From Ministeria vibrans ATCC 50519 (taxonomy: Eukaryota > Protista > Filasterea), in the NCBI GenBank assembly GCA_943704425.1, contig CALSCP010001986.1, forward strand, positions 46,599 to 110,598: 64,000 nt of DNA. The letters run 5' to 3'. The notes under the pieces are model-generated. The model searched no databases and was not told where the DNA came from. It was given only the letters and a program-made list of their open reading frames with translations. Position 1 is the stretch's first letter. Every line of letters starts with the position of its first letter. The translations under genes and the position numbers were made by a program. This document shows positions 27,283 through 42,423 of the stretch, one piece after another.

Positions 27283-28650
27283 CACATACACATACACATA
27301 CACACACACTCCTCTCTCTTTGTGGATGTGGAGTTGATGCTTATGTGAAGAATCACTCTTTTCCCGTTGTCTCGTTACATTCCTCCTTATGTCTTCCACT
27401 TATCCGTCTCTATTCGTTTGGTTTTATGTTTTGACTTGTAAAATATTGGTTTTCGTTGTTTATTGTGTGTTTTTTTTGTTTGCCTCTGTTGATTTGGTTT
27501 CTCTTGCATATACACAAACCTTTTTTATACAACACTTATTTCATTTGATTGGTCGGCGCAGTCTACTTTCACAACAACTGCATCCTTTTTTATGTTGCTA
27601 CGCGTATGTGTGCGTATGTGTTGTTGTTGTTGTTGTTGTTGTTGTTTTGTTCGTTTTGGTTGCATTGTGGTCGTTGTGAATGTGTCGTCATCTGATATGT
27701 CTTGTCGTGTGTTCTCCTGTCAAGACGCGCCTCCACCAGTCAAGGCACCGCCCGCCAAACGTGTCAAAAGCGCCCCTTCTGGCCCACCCACCACATCAGC
27801 TGCTCAGTCTAAAGTAGCACCCACAGCCCCACTGACAACCACCACCAATGCCGCACCAGCAGCAGTCGCCACCGCGTCGGCCTCTGCTGCTGCTGTCGGT
27901 GCGGCGCTCAGTGGGCTTGTGATTCCCCCGACTGTCCCCTCAACTCTTGTCAATGGTACTGTCGTTACGCCGCAGCCGGTTGCTGACGACGAAGAAGACG
28001 ACGTGTTTGCCAATGTCCTTGCTGATGTTGCTCCTTCGTCCGAGCCCAAAACGGTGAGTGTGTGTAGATGTGCGTCGAATGCAAAGTTGTCGCGATGCGA
28101 CGATACGCTCACATGCACGAGCTTTAATAATAATATTAATAATAATATTAATAATAATTATTATCATTATTTACTTCGTGTGTAGGAGGTGGTAGTGTCC
28201 AATCCTGGGGCTTGGTCTGTGATGCCGACGGCGGACAACTCGCCCGACGTGAACTTGCTCGAGTCTAACGCGACGGCTACATCGACTGCGCACAAGGCGG
28301 AGGAGGATGACGAGGACGACGGCGACAACAGTGAGTTCCAGGAGTTCCGCAAGCGCGCCATGGAGGCGCAGGAGCGTGACAAGGCTCAGAAGGCACTGGA
28401 GGAGGAACATCGACGACGCGAGGCGGAGCTAGAGGAGCAGCGTCGTCGCGAGGCCGAGGCGCGTCTGGTGGAGAAGGCCAATGAGGCGCAAGCAGAACGA
28501 GACCGTGCCGAGCGTGAGCGTCAGCTGGAGCGCGACCGGGAACGCAAGCGCCGCGAGCAAATTGCCGCTAACGGACGTGACGATGACGACGATGGCTTCC
28601 TTGACGGTCCGGGTGACCTGGACAGTTTCATGCGTGACTTACCCGAATAA
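22764..28650 (+). CDS. BET-family bromodomain protein (BD1, BD2, ET, SEED, BRD4-like C-terminal motif)
   Basis: BD1 KYPMDL...QTFN, BD2 HPMDL...RFN, ET MSFEEKKALSVNI...DEIEIDIDSL, Ser/Asp-rich SEED, and CTM SEFQEFRKRAME...RKRREQ. Putative exon 1 (22764-22789) splices in frame to 23255; alternative start at 23292; short-form stop at 26893. Confidence 0.93.
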
Positions 28651-28881
28651 TTAGAGAAAAGAAGAAAAAAGGAAGTCAAAAAAATCCCCCCCCCAAAAAG
28701 AACAAAGGACTCAATCGTAAATAAAGGAATTTCAACACCAAACTCACCCAAGAAAATGCATCACAACCCAGAAAGCACTATAAAACTAAAATTATAATAC
28801 TGTGACACTAAAAACTGAAACCGTCATAGTTTTCTTATTTTATACACGTCACGTTGATAATGAATGGTACACAGTGCAGTT

Positions 28882-29214
28882 CTATTGCAGCTTGACTTTC
28901 TTCGTCTCTCTCTCGCTCTCGTCAGTGCGAGCGCCGTCGTCGCCATCCTCTTCAAGATCATCATCCATATCGATATGGTCATCCTTGGCCGCGGCGGCAG
29001 CTGTTCCTATTGAGATTCGACGTGTGTGAGAGGAGACATCGTTTGCTGCACCCGTACCCAGATGTGTCGTCATGCGAGCACCGCTTTCGCTGCGCACCGC
29101 CTGGAGCGCAGTTGCCACAGACTGCAGTTGCTCCTGGACGGATCCTTGCGTGTCTACGGGTGTCGAGGCAGACTCGACAGAGCCGCCAGCGACTGAGAGA
29201 GAGTAGCGCAGCAT
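28882..29214 (-). CDS. Small acidic protein (110 aa) with a C-terminal basic motif; possibly GON7-like (KEOPS)
   Basis: Open frame MLRYSLSV...amphipathic helix...DMDDDLEEDGDD...TKKVKLQ. The GON7 resemblance is architectural only. Confidence 0.5.
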   Translation of the reverse strand: MLRYSLSVAGGSVESASTPVDTQGSVQEQLQSVATALQAVRSESGARMTTHLGTGAANDVSSHTRRISIGTAAAAAKDDHIDMDDDLEEDGDDGARTDESERETKKVKLQ

Positions 29215-29442
29215 TGCGAGTGTGTGTGCACGCAAAGCAAACGGAGCCTCCAAGGGTCAGTAACGTCAGCAACGGGGATCGAGGCTGATCCGAGAAAACG
29301 CAGTAGGTAGTCAACTAGTGGTTGGTCGAGAGAAGGGAGCACTCAACACTCGGTGTTGCAAAGAGAGCAAATACAATGATTGATGTAAAGATCAAAATAT
29401 TCTTCTTCTTCAAGTTCGACTATTTTAATAGTTTGGTGACAG

Positions 29443-31494
29443 ATGCACCTCGTTCTCGGCCTAGCTTCGTTGCTAGCGATTGTGTCGTGCGTTCAGTCGG
29501 AGGGTGTGTTTGACGATGCCGAGAGCGGTGCGGTTGAACCGGCACTCGCGGGCTCACCGACAGCGGCAGGTTCAGCCGCCCCCGACGGCATCACGACCAT
29601 CACACAACGGCTGCACATGCGTGACGGAGTTGCTGAAGGACATGTGGAGGTTAGTTGAAGAGTGTTATAGATTGTTTTCAAAATATTTGGCATGACGTTT
29701 CTTTTTTGTCGCTCTCTCGCAATGCAAAAGGAGGTGCTACTCGAGGGAGGCGCGCGGCCGGTGACGGTACGTACGCTGAGCATGGACAAGCCAAGGCTGT
29801 TCCAGATCGACAATCTCCTGAGCAAGGAAGAGACGCAAGCGATTCGATCGCTTGCAACGCCACTGCTCGAGCGCAGCCGCACGCTCCTCGCCATTGGGCT
29901 GTCGTCCGAGCTGTATGTCGAAGACGAGAGCATCGTTCAGGGGTGGTTTGATGACTATGACGAGAACCGTGATGACTTCCTGGATGCAGAGGACATTCAC
30001 GTAATGCAAGTCGCTTCTCACAGTCGATGCGTCTCACACACCACCATATCACTCTGTTTGATGGTTTAGGCGCTCTTCAAGGACAAGTTTATTGGCTCTT
30101 ATTTTGACATGAGTGCCGACTCGCCCGACTATGCCATTGATTTAGTTGTGGCTCTTGATCTCGACACGGACGAGGACCAGGCGTTGTCGTACGAGGAGGC
30201 TTTTCGACTGCGTCTTTATGAGTAAGTTTGCACGGAAGACTGCCGCCACTCCTCTCGCTCGTCTCGTTTATCTTGTTTTTCTCTAGGGCTGAGAGACTTG
30301 CGGGCTGGTGGAGGTGCAACGAGGACGAGTCGGGTGGACTCAATGCCACCGAATTCCGCTGCTTTCTTCGCATGTCACGACTGTTTGATGGAGTGGTAAC
30401 CAGCTGTGTTTTGTTTTATGTGTGCCACGATGTCTGCCTTGACACGAGATTATGCGTAGACGCTGGAGCAGGCTACAAAGTTGCTGGAGATGACGAATCA
30501 CTCGAGTGTGGTTGAGGGCGAAGAGACGCAAGGGCTGCAGCTGACGTGGGAGACACTGACGGAGGACAAAACGGACTGGGTGGAGTTGGCTCAGCAGTTC
30601 AGCGAGGACATGAGCGACGCAAAAGTGCATCAAGCACGAATTAGCTCGCAGGCATGGCTGCAGTACAAGAAAGTAGAGCTGGCCAGTCGTATGGCGGACA
30701 TGGCTCAGGAGCTGCTCGGACTGCCGCTCAAGGGCGACCCGCGAGAGACCAACATTGCAATTGAGGAGATGCAAGTGGTGCGGTACGGCGTGGGCGGTCA
30801 CTATTTTGCACACGACGACAGCGTGCCCTTTTCGGCATCAGAAAAGTGTTGTCTGGACCGGGGCTACATGGCCCCCGACGACACAACGACCAATCGAGGG
30901 TGTATGGAGGGTGTGCTTTGCCGCTTTGCGACCTTCCTCGTATTCCTCAATGAGCCAACTGTCGGCGGCGAGACGGCCTTCCCCGCTGCGCACGTTGACG
31001 ACCTAGAGGCGTGGGAGGCGGACCCGCGCTTTGCGGTGACCGGTCGAACCAACTTCACAGCGACCAAGTGCAGCGAAGGGATTCGGGTGCGGCCGCGCGA
31101 AGGGTCGGCCGTGATGTGGTACAATCATGCGGTGGACGAGGCGACAGGTGGTCTTGGGGCGCAAGACCGCAATGCAATGCACGGCGGGTGTGATGTACTT
31201 GAGGGCGAGAAGTGGATTGCGACCATTTGGGTGCAGTCTCGCAGTCGTCTCGTGACCATCGTGGGCACCGAAGAGGAAGAGGAGGAGGAGGAGGAGGAGG
31301 AGGAGGAGGAGGAGGCTAATGACGACGAAGAACGGACGGTGTACGAGGGTGAGGAAGAGGGCGATGAGGTGGAAGGAGAGGGAAAGGAGGTTGAGAGTCA
31401 GTCTGGGCAAGGAGAAGGAGGTGCAAGTGGTAAAGGGGAGACTATTGAGGATGATCTCTTTGACTTGCTATTGGACGACCGTGTCGAACTGTGA
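29443..31494 (+). CDS. P4HTM: P4HTM-like EF-hand prolyl 4-hydroxylase
   Basis: VRTLSMDKPRLFQIDNLLS, EF-hand loops (DENRDDFLDAED, DTDEDQALSYEE), QVVRYGVGGHYFAHDDS, CRFATFLVFLN, GGETAFP, MHGGCDVLEGEKWIA. N-terminal signal peptide and C-terminal RVEL. Five exons. Confidence 0.82.
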
Positions 31495-31599
31495 ATGTTA
31501 AATTAAATTGATAAATCTAATATTGAAAGCTGGAAGGAAACTTATGGAAAAATGCGGTTTTGTACTGGATCAGGAACCAACAGAGGACAAGATGAGAAA

Positions 31600-34350
31600 T
31601 TAACAAAGGAGCACACCGACACGACGCTTCTGGAAATACGATTTGTCGACGCGCGAATACTGCGTTGCAACAGTACAAAAAAAAAACCAAAAAAAAAAAA
31701 AACGACGTGAGCAAAAAACGATGTGAGCGAGGATGGGAGGTGGAATAAAAGTGTAGACTTACGCGCGCAGTGAGTTGCATTGGAGTTTGAACAACCAGAA
31801 GACGTTCAAAGGACTGTGAAGCTTGGCTGACAACCATCTCGACGCGAACAGGTACTACACCAGCCTTGCGCTTCTTGTTCATGCCCATCGAGGAGATGTT
31901 GGGGGCCGATTGTGGCATGAGCTTCTACAAGCGGAAAATATTACGGTTGCGTGACTGTCACTTGTGGCGCGTACAGTAATTGAGAGCTGCCGGCGCAGAC
32001 TGGGCGGTGAATCATTATAGCCTGGAGGAGGATGAGGAGGGGGGGACAAAGTTGATTAGAAATATGACAAAAGGAGGTGTTGCTTCTTTGCGTGCATACC
32101 AAGACCCTGTTGCGCCAGATTAGACTGAAGGTATACTTGTTGGTGTTGGTCGTCGTTCAGGTCCCATGTGGAGTCATCGACGGACGAGGTGAAGTGGTCG
32201 ACGGAAGCAAGGTCGCCGGTGAAGTCCTTGAAGGAGTAGTGGTCGGGCAGGTAGATGGAGGCGGACACCTTGTTGAGGGGCAAGTCGACTTTGGGAAAGG
32301 ACACGGTCGAAGTGCCACTGCGCCCGAGCGGAGCTGCGGCAGTCGCCAGCCACACAATCTCAACGCCAAACGTCGCGCTGTCCAGCTTGCTCTTCTTCTG
32401 CAGTGCCACCATAATAGCCCCAGTCTCCTCGTCACGCGCCGGCTTCACACCCGTTCCATTGACCATGGTACTCCAAATTTCACAGTCGGGCGCCACTTCA
32501 ATGCGCACGTACTGCTTTGAGGTGTTACGCACGCGCATTCGCAGACGGTACATGGTCTTGCCATGCTCGGTGAGCGTCGCCTGAAAGTAGGCATGATCCA
32601 CAGCGGCAACGAGAACGTCGACGTCACCGTGCTTCTTCACGGACACGGTGAGTTTGTAGTCGGGCAGAAGGTACTTGTAAGCGAGCACAATTGCATGACT
32701 CGCCTGTCGACGAAGGCGATGTGGAAGCTCCTCCACATCCACCGGAACGCATCCAATGGCATTTTTCAACTGTGGAAACGAATGAAAAAAAGAAAGGGAA
32801 AAAAAAAGAAGGAACATGTTTAAGGGACAGTGCGTTACTTTTACTTTCCTCCTCACCTGGTCAATTTCGACATTGGTGCGTGCCTCAATTGCAAGGAACC
32901 CCTTCTCGCGGGTAAACACTTCTTGGCTGTGTGCAAAAACAGGGCAAAGAAAGTCGCAGGAGCGACTGCCAAGCTCGAGCTCACTAGTGATGGTCACACT
33001 GTACTCGCCCTCAATGCCGTGGTCCAACACTACCTTGAGCACGTCCACCTTGACGGCCGATGCATCACCATCCGTCAATGCCCGCACCACATCCCACCGC
33101 TTCATGGCCGGTCCGCCGTCGACCGAGAGCACGCGCAAGCGTGGGTCCATGTCAATTTCAATAGTAGCCATGTCACCATTGCGAATGTCGTAGTTGAAGG
33201 CCGATGTGATTGTGAGCATTCCATCGCCAATCGACAGCATGTGAGCGTGCTCGACTGTCGCCGACAGAGGCAAACTCTTGGTTATATCTTTGCTGCTTGC
33301 AATGCTGCGAGCGTCGTCTGTAGTCAGCAATGACTGAGCTGCCGACGCAGCGGCGGTCACAGTCGGCGGAATGACTATTTCTTTCTCGACCCAACGAATC
33401 GAAACGGTGTCGGTGGGTGGCAGGTGTGCGCGAATAGTCGAATCGACCGAGGCGTCAGCAGCGTGAGCATCACCAACAATAGACGACACACTGTGCAAAC
33501 AGGGATCAACTGTGACCACCATGGGCTGCTGTTGCGAGACGGTAAAGTCGACGGTGAGGCGACTGCTCCGCTGCAGACGCGGGATCGAAACGGCCGAGCG
33601 TGTCTTGGACGATGTGTACGCCAAGAGCGACTCAATGCGAACGGTGTGCACGCCGCGTGTTCGTGTCACAAGCGTGTGCGACGAGTTTACCTGCAACATA
33701 AAGAAGATGATGAGAACAAATGCGGCTGGAGCAGACACCGTACGAGAGCAACAAAGGAGCGCGCCGAGGCCTTCTTCGCCTCATCGCTGGTCGACGCTGG
33801 CGTAGCGTTCGGGACGCCGTCCGCCGCCACCACCTCATCATCATCATCATTATCCTCATCATCATCACCACAATTCCCGTGCATCGGCCGTGTCTCCACC
33901 GAGGCAGAGACAATGGCCATGGTGGAGGGCAGCAAGGGGATGTTGATCCATTCCTTGCCTGTGTGGACGTGCACCTCAAACACCGACACGAAACGCACAT
34001 TGTCCTTTTGTGTTGTTCCCTCCAGCGCATGACACTTGATCGTGAAGGGGTATGATACTGCGAGGTCGCCGGCGGGCGCGGGCGTCTTGACCTTTCCGCC
34101 TGTGAAAATGAAAATGAGAATGAGAGATGTTTGAGAAAATTTTGGCTGCTGATAATGTCTCGTACTTGCGCGTGCAGCCAGAGAAACCAGCGAGGCAGTT
34201 TGCAGTGTACAGAGGCCACGCTGAGTTGCTCCGTCTACAGTGGCGCCCGCCTCCTGAAGTGAGAGAAGTGCAACAGAAAAAAAAGTCAACTAATTGTTGT
34301 TGTTGCGATTCTCCAACTCGTACACGAAGGATATCTCGGACTTCTGTCAT
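31600..34350 (-). CDS. Uncharacterised beta-rich protein (about 750 aa)
   Basis: Exons chain in frame through GT-AG introns from MTEVRDIL to ...GVVPVRVEM...FERLLVV...|YSRVDKSYFQKRRVGVLLC*. Confidence 0.75.
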
Positions 34351-34459
34351 AGCGTAATAAGCGTGATCCAAAAGAAAAGGGTAGGCAAAGAAATTAAAAA
34401 AATTGAAAATAATAACTTCGAATTTGAGAAGTTATTCATTTTTTTTGGCAAGTTTTCAA

Positions 34460-37400
34460 ATGGATGACCAATCTCCTCCTTTGTCGCCCGGCGCGACAAG
34501 AAACATCGTGTCTTCGTTGGTGACGCGTGCACGGGCGTCGTTCCGCGACCGGCGCTCGCGTAGCAATCGCAATAGCGACGGAGTAGATATCGACACGTCA
34601 AGTGAGGCATTGAGCCACGGTGCGTCTGCCGCAGCGCCCGCAGTGGACGAGCCGAAGCCGCGCAAGTTCCAGCAGTCGTCGCGTAGCTTTGGCACGGGCT
34701 TTCGCTCGTCGCTGAGACGCATTCGTGGGCGGGCACGGCAGGACCAAAGCGACGCGGAACCCGTCACTTCTCCTCCTCGACATCGCATTCAGACGGCAAA
34801 ATCCGCGCCCGCTCTCAGTCTCGCGCGTCCTGCCCACCTACACATTGACCTGTCGCTGCCGCACGAGGTGCTGGCGCGCCGTGGTGGCATTCAGCACACA
34901 GCCCTGCCCGCGCCCTTTGCGCCCTCCTCGTCGCGCAGTTCCGCCACGCGCGCCATCCAACGCAGGGGTGCCATTGACATCGACCGTGAAGAGCTTCAGC
35001 GCGAGTTAAAGACGCGTGCTCGCGATGGTAGCAACGGTGCGGCGTCCGACGGCTTTTCGCTTTCCATTTCTCGGTCGAGTTCACTCCGCCTCAGGTACAC
35101 AGGCCCCCTTCTGCACTTCTTGTACCACCTCTTACGCCTTACGCGCTCTCTCCACCTCCCTGCCACTTCCCATGCACTTTGCTCCACTCCCTTACCTCTT
35201 TAAATGTGTGAAAAAACGTGCTGTGACGTCAGACGATGGTGCTTTGCACTTGACGCACCGCCTCCCGTCCCCTCTCGCCGCTCTCCTGCACTCCATATGC
35301 ACCCTGTTTTCTTCCGTCTCTCTATTCAGGTTCAAATGTTGCCTTACTCCACTTGTCGTTTTTTTTTTCTTCTTTTTTTTTTTTTCTTCTTTTTTTTTTT
35401 TTACCTTTTTTCTTTTTTTTTTTTCTTTCTTACTTTTCTTGCTATTGTTTTGCAGTCGTCAATCACGTCGTTCGACGCGAAACAGCCTCCGACGCAAGGC
35501 AAGCAACGAGCCAGTGCGTCTCCCGGCTGAAGAGATGCTCAGCTTCGACGGAGCGCCCGATCGATCGTCCCCCGACCTAATGTTCGATGCGACGCCGCAC
35601 ACAAGCATCCTACGACGCTCGTTTCATCGCCCCAGTCGCTCGCGTGCCAGCAAGACCAAGTCGAACGTTTCGACGGGCAGCCACAATGACATTAGAGAGG
35701 CTCACTCGAGTACCTTTGACCGCGATGGCACTATCTCGCCGCCCGACAACCGACCGCAGTCGGCGACGCTGCGCCACTGCGCGACTGTACGTCGCGCACA
35801 TGCGCACGTCACGGGTGTTCCAGCAACCACCAACTTGTCGCCCAAGCGACACGCCTCTCTGCATATTGTGCGTCCCCGCATCACGGCCAAGGCGATGTCT
35901 CCCTCAAGTCCACGCTCCTCCGCCTACTCCGCCTCCACCAGCACCGTCGCCGAGATGTCACCCACTGCCACCCACGTCACGTCATCGGGTACGTTGTCGT
36001 CCAAGTCCATGTCATTCGGCAACGCAGGTGGTGTTATCAAGCCGGCCATCTCGACAAGCTCGTCAGGCGGCCTGCGCCCACGCGTCGGCTCGTCAACACG
36101 CAACCTGGGACACGACAACAGCCGCTCCTTCTCATCACAACCGCGGCCAGATCAGGCAGGAGGCGTGTCGAGCGCCACGTCGATCACCGCGCACGACCCA
36201 CACGCCTATCTGCGTCGTGCGTCGTGGCCTCGCGCGCGTACCGATCATGACATTCTTTCCAAACTCGCCGAGGTATCGGCGATGCCCGCGCTCTCCGAGC
36301 AACAGCAGCAGCAACAACAACACCTGCTGCTACAGCAACGAATGACTGCGTCTACACAAGACCTTGTCGGACTGTCGTACGAGTCAATTGCGTCGGCGGG
36401 CTCGGCAGCTACAGCCCTTGTTGGCTCGCCCTCCGTCACCGTTTCACCCCCCATGTCGCCCATGTCTCCCCTCAGCTTGCACGCACCCGCGTCCGCCATG
36501 TCGTCGCTAAACATCTACGATCTGTTCATTGACACATCCACGTCGTCACGCGACGTGGACTCGGGCGAGCTGCGTGCATTGCTAACGGGCGTTGACGCAA
36601 GCGACTTCAATGTATTCGAGCTCGCCGAGATTACGCTGGGGCGTCCGCTCTTTCATTTGGCGCTTCATCTATTTGAGATCCACGACTTTTTCCGCAAGTT
36701 TAACATTGACCAGATGCGTTTTCGTCGCTTTGTCGACCAGGTCGAAGAGTCTTACCGCAAAGAGAACCCCTACCACAACAACACGCACGCGGCCGACGTT
36801 CTCCAGGGCGTGCACGTGTTTATCTCGCGCGAGCCACTGCGCTCCGTGATCCCTGCCGAAGAGAAGATGGCGCTGCTGGTCGCGGCCATGGTTCACGACA
36901 TGGACCACCCAGGCCAGACGGGCAAGTTCCTCGAGCAGACGCGCTCCTTTATTGCCCTACTGCACGGCCCCGTTCTCGAGCACCACCACACCGCCAATGC
37001 CATTGCCTTGCTCGCTACCTCCGACTCGAATATTTTTGCCGCTCTGCCCCATGCGCGTCAGATGAGTCTGCGCCAGCTGGTCGCCCGCCTTGTGCTCGCC
37101 ACCGACATGAGTAAGCACGGTCTGCACCTAGGCCGTTTCCTCGAGCAGCTCGACAACGCCGGGTTCCCCTGCCTCGACAATGTGCAGGCGATGGAGAACG
37201 CCAAGTGCGACAGTACTCCCACTCTGCCGCCCACACCCAACGAAACGGATATGGAGGATCGCTACCGTCTGCTCGAGATGTGTCTCAAGTGTGCCGATGT
37301 CAGCAATCCCACGCGTCCCTGGATGATCTGCTCGCGCTGGTCCATGCTGGTCATGGAGGAGTTCTTCGCGCAGGGAGATGCCGAACGCAATCTGCAAGTA

Positions 37401-38168
37401 CCCATTTCGATGCTGATGGACCGTTACAGCACCGACATTCCCGCCTCGCAGGTTGGCTTTGCCTGTGGCGTCGTACTGCCCCTCTTTCGCGCCATGGGCT
37501 CGTTGCTCCCTTGGGTCGAGAACGAGCTCGTGCCTAATGTCAATGCCAATGTCGCCAACTGGTCGTACGCCAAGGAGCAGGTCGAGTTGCTCAAGACACG
37601 CGCCGACGACGCCCAGCGCGAAGCCGACCGTATCCTCGCCTCTTCCGCCTCACCAGTGCCTGAAGAGGCCCCCTCGTCAACGCCAGTCACGGAAACGACC
37701 GCCACGAAGACGACGACAACAACGACAACGACAACGACTGATTCTTCGTCGGCATCAACGACAACGACGGAAAAGCCGAGTGTGGCAAACGACGAAGAGG
37801 AATCGCCCATGACCATTTTGCTTCTGGACGAATCGGACTACGAAGGCGACGACGCCAACGAGGTCGAGACACCCGCACCTGCATCCGTACCCGTTCCCAT
37901 TTTGCGATCACCAACGCGACCCAAACGAGGTGGGCTCAAAACTCCAAGTTCGGCGGCCGCCATGCTCGTCACGAGCGACACGGACGCCCTGTCGCCTCCC
38001 CTAAGTCCCCGTTCACAACGTCACTCAGTGCGCTTCCGTGTCGACGAGCGTCGCGCTAGTCTCACGTCTAGTCGCTGCTCGTCCGACTCGCACAGCGAGA
38101 CGGGTGCCCATGCCGTCGAGCCCGCCCCGCGTCGTTTTATGCCTCAGCTCAAAATCACGTCTGTTTGA
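34460..38168 (+). CDS. Class I cyclic-nucleotide phosphodiesterase with a long disordered N-terminus
   Basis: NPYHNNTHAADV, HDMDHPG, LEHHH, LATDM, KCADVSNP, EEFFAQGD, SQVGF. One intron (35095-35455) in frame. Confidence 0.93.
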
Positions 38169-38324
38169 TCCACCGTGATATTAATAATCATAATAATAAT
38201 CTTAATAATCATAATCATAATAGTATTAATAATAAAGTTATCATTGTACTCGCATCGTAATACACTCAGATTTTTTTAAAAACTTTTAAACACACACAAC
38301 GATGGGATGTTTGTCTTGTATTGA

Positions 38325-39482
38325 TCATCTTTTAGTCTTGGTGCACATTGAGGTTTCCTCTTCAAACGTCAGTGGTCGTCGCTTCTTGACCGGGCTCCAT
38401 TTGGAGCGAGGGACGTCGTGTGTGCCGCCCGGGGGCGAGTTGGCAACGCGCACCGTCGTCGCAAAGGGATCAAGGGTGGAGTTGTCGTCGACAAAATGAC
38501 TGTACTGAGCAGACGCGACGGGGGCGGAGGTGTCGACAGTCTCGGAGCGCGCTGCCGTCGCCTTGAGTTGGGACGCGCGAGTGCCGCGCACGGCAATACG
38601 AGAGACCTTTTTTGTAGTCTTGGAGAGTGTGCTTGCGGCGGGTAACTTAGTCTTAGGGATGGCAGCGGGTACTTTAGACTTGATGGCGGCGGCGGCGGGG
38701 GAAGGGCGCGACTTCTTTGGAGGAGGCGCTGAGGATTGTGCTGTGTCGCTGCTACGCTTGAGACTGACGGGTGGAGAGCGCAATGTCGTGGCGCGTGAAG
38801 GCAGCGATGGTATTTTAGGCTTGGGTGCGGATGAGGGAGCGGAGTGCAGTAGAGCAACGTTGGGGCTGGAAGCCAGTGGTGAGGTGAATGTTTTTGAATG
38901 GATTTTTGGTGGCGCGATTTTGGATGCAAGCCGAGATCGCGTTTTGGGCTCGTGCAACGCGGTCGCTACAGGTTCAACAGGAACCATGGGAGCAGCACAG
39001 CTGGAAACGGGTACAATAATGGAGGCGAGAGGGCGTGAGGTGGTGCTCGAAGTCGTTTGTGTTTGAGATTTTTGAATTGAAGTGGTCGACGAGCGCGCTC
39101 TCTCCTGAAGCGCCGGGTGTGGTGGCGAGTCCTCGACGCCGGCGATGCGTCGTTTTGCTGACACTCTGACATGAGCACAACGTTCGCGGGTGGTGACAGC
39201 GCCGAAGAAGACTTCGTCGTCGTCGTCGTCATCGTTATTCAAATTTTGCGAAGTCTCGACGGCGCTCGGAGGCGACTCGGGGCCTTGCTGACTGCGGGAT
39301 AAGCCTGGCGTGCACGTGCCATGATCATGATCGTGGTGGTCGTCGTCGAGAATGCCGTCGATGGGCGCCTCGTCTGCAAGCCAGTTGTCGACTTCCGCGG
39401 AGGAGTTGCAAAACAAAAATTCGTCCGTGTCGCCATCGAGGTCCGAGTCAAACAAAGAAGTGTGCCTCGCAGTGGTAGTCAT
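38325..39482 (-). CDS. GTSE1/PSRC1-like protein: acidic N-terminus, basic Ser/Pro-rich tail
   Basis: DDEVFFGAVTTRERC resembles the GTSE1 N-terminal DEVFFGPFGHKERC. Many SP sites and S/KxIP-like motifs. Confidence 0.6.
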   Translation of the reverse strand: MTTTARHTSLFDSDLDGDTDEFLFCNSSAEVDNWLADEAPIDGILDDDHHDHDHGTCTPGLSRSQQGPESPPSAVETSQNLNNDDDDDDEVFFGAVTTRERCAHVRVSAKRRIAGVEDSPPHPALQERARSSTTSIQKSQTQTTSSTTSRPLASIIVPVSSCAAPMVPVEPVATALHEPKTRSRLASKIAPPKIHSKTFTSPLASSPNVALLHSAPSSAPKPKIPSLPSRATTLRSPPVSLKRSSDTAQSSAPPPKKSRPSPAAAAIKSKVPAAIPKTKLPAASTLSKTTKKVSRIAVRGTRASQLKATAARSETVDTSAPVASAQYSHFVDDNSTLDPFATTVRVANSPPGGTHDVPRSKWSPVKKRRPLTFEEETSMCTKTKR

Positions 39483-39844
39483 GGTGTACAGTCCAATGTG
39501 AAAGAATATGAAATTATGATTTATGAATATTGAATAATTAATAGAAGAAGAAGAATACAACCCATGAATAATTAATAGAAGAAGAAGAAGACATTTCCAA
39601 TTTATTATCACTCACAAACGAAAAGCGACAAATAAGAAATTAATATTATCATAACTCATATCATATCATTAATGTGAATACAAGGAGCAAAATGCAAAAG
39701 TTACGCCATATTTGACTAACCTCAAATGATGCTCATTCCGCCCTACACTCCCCTCTGCGTACAGATGCTGAGATGCACCCTCAAACAAACAAACTCGTAT
39801 TATTTTAAAACTTAAAGGGAGGTGATAAATTTAAATGTAATATT

Positions 39845-42423
<2,579 letters not shown>

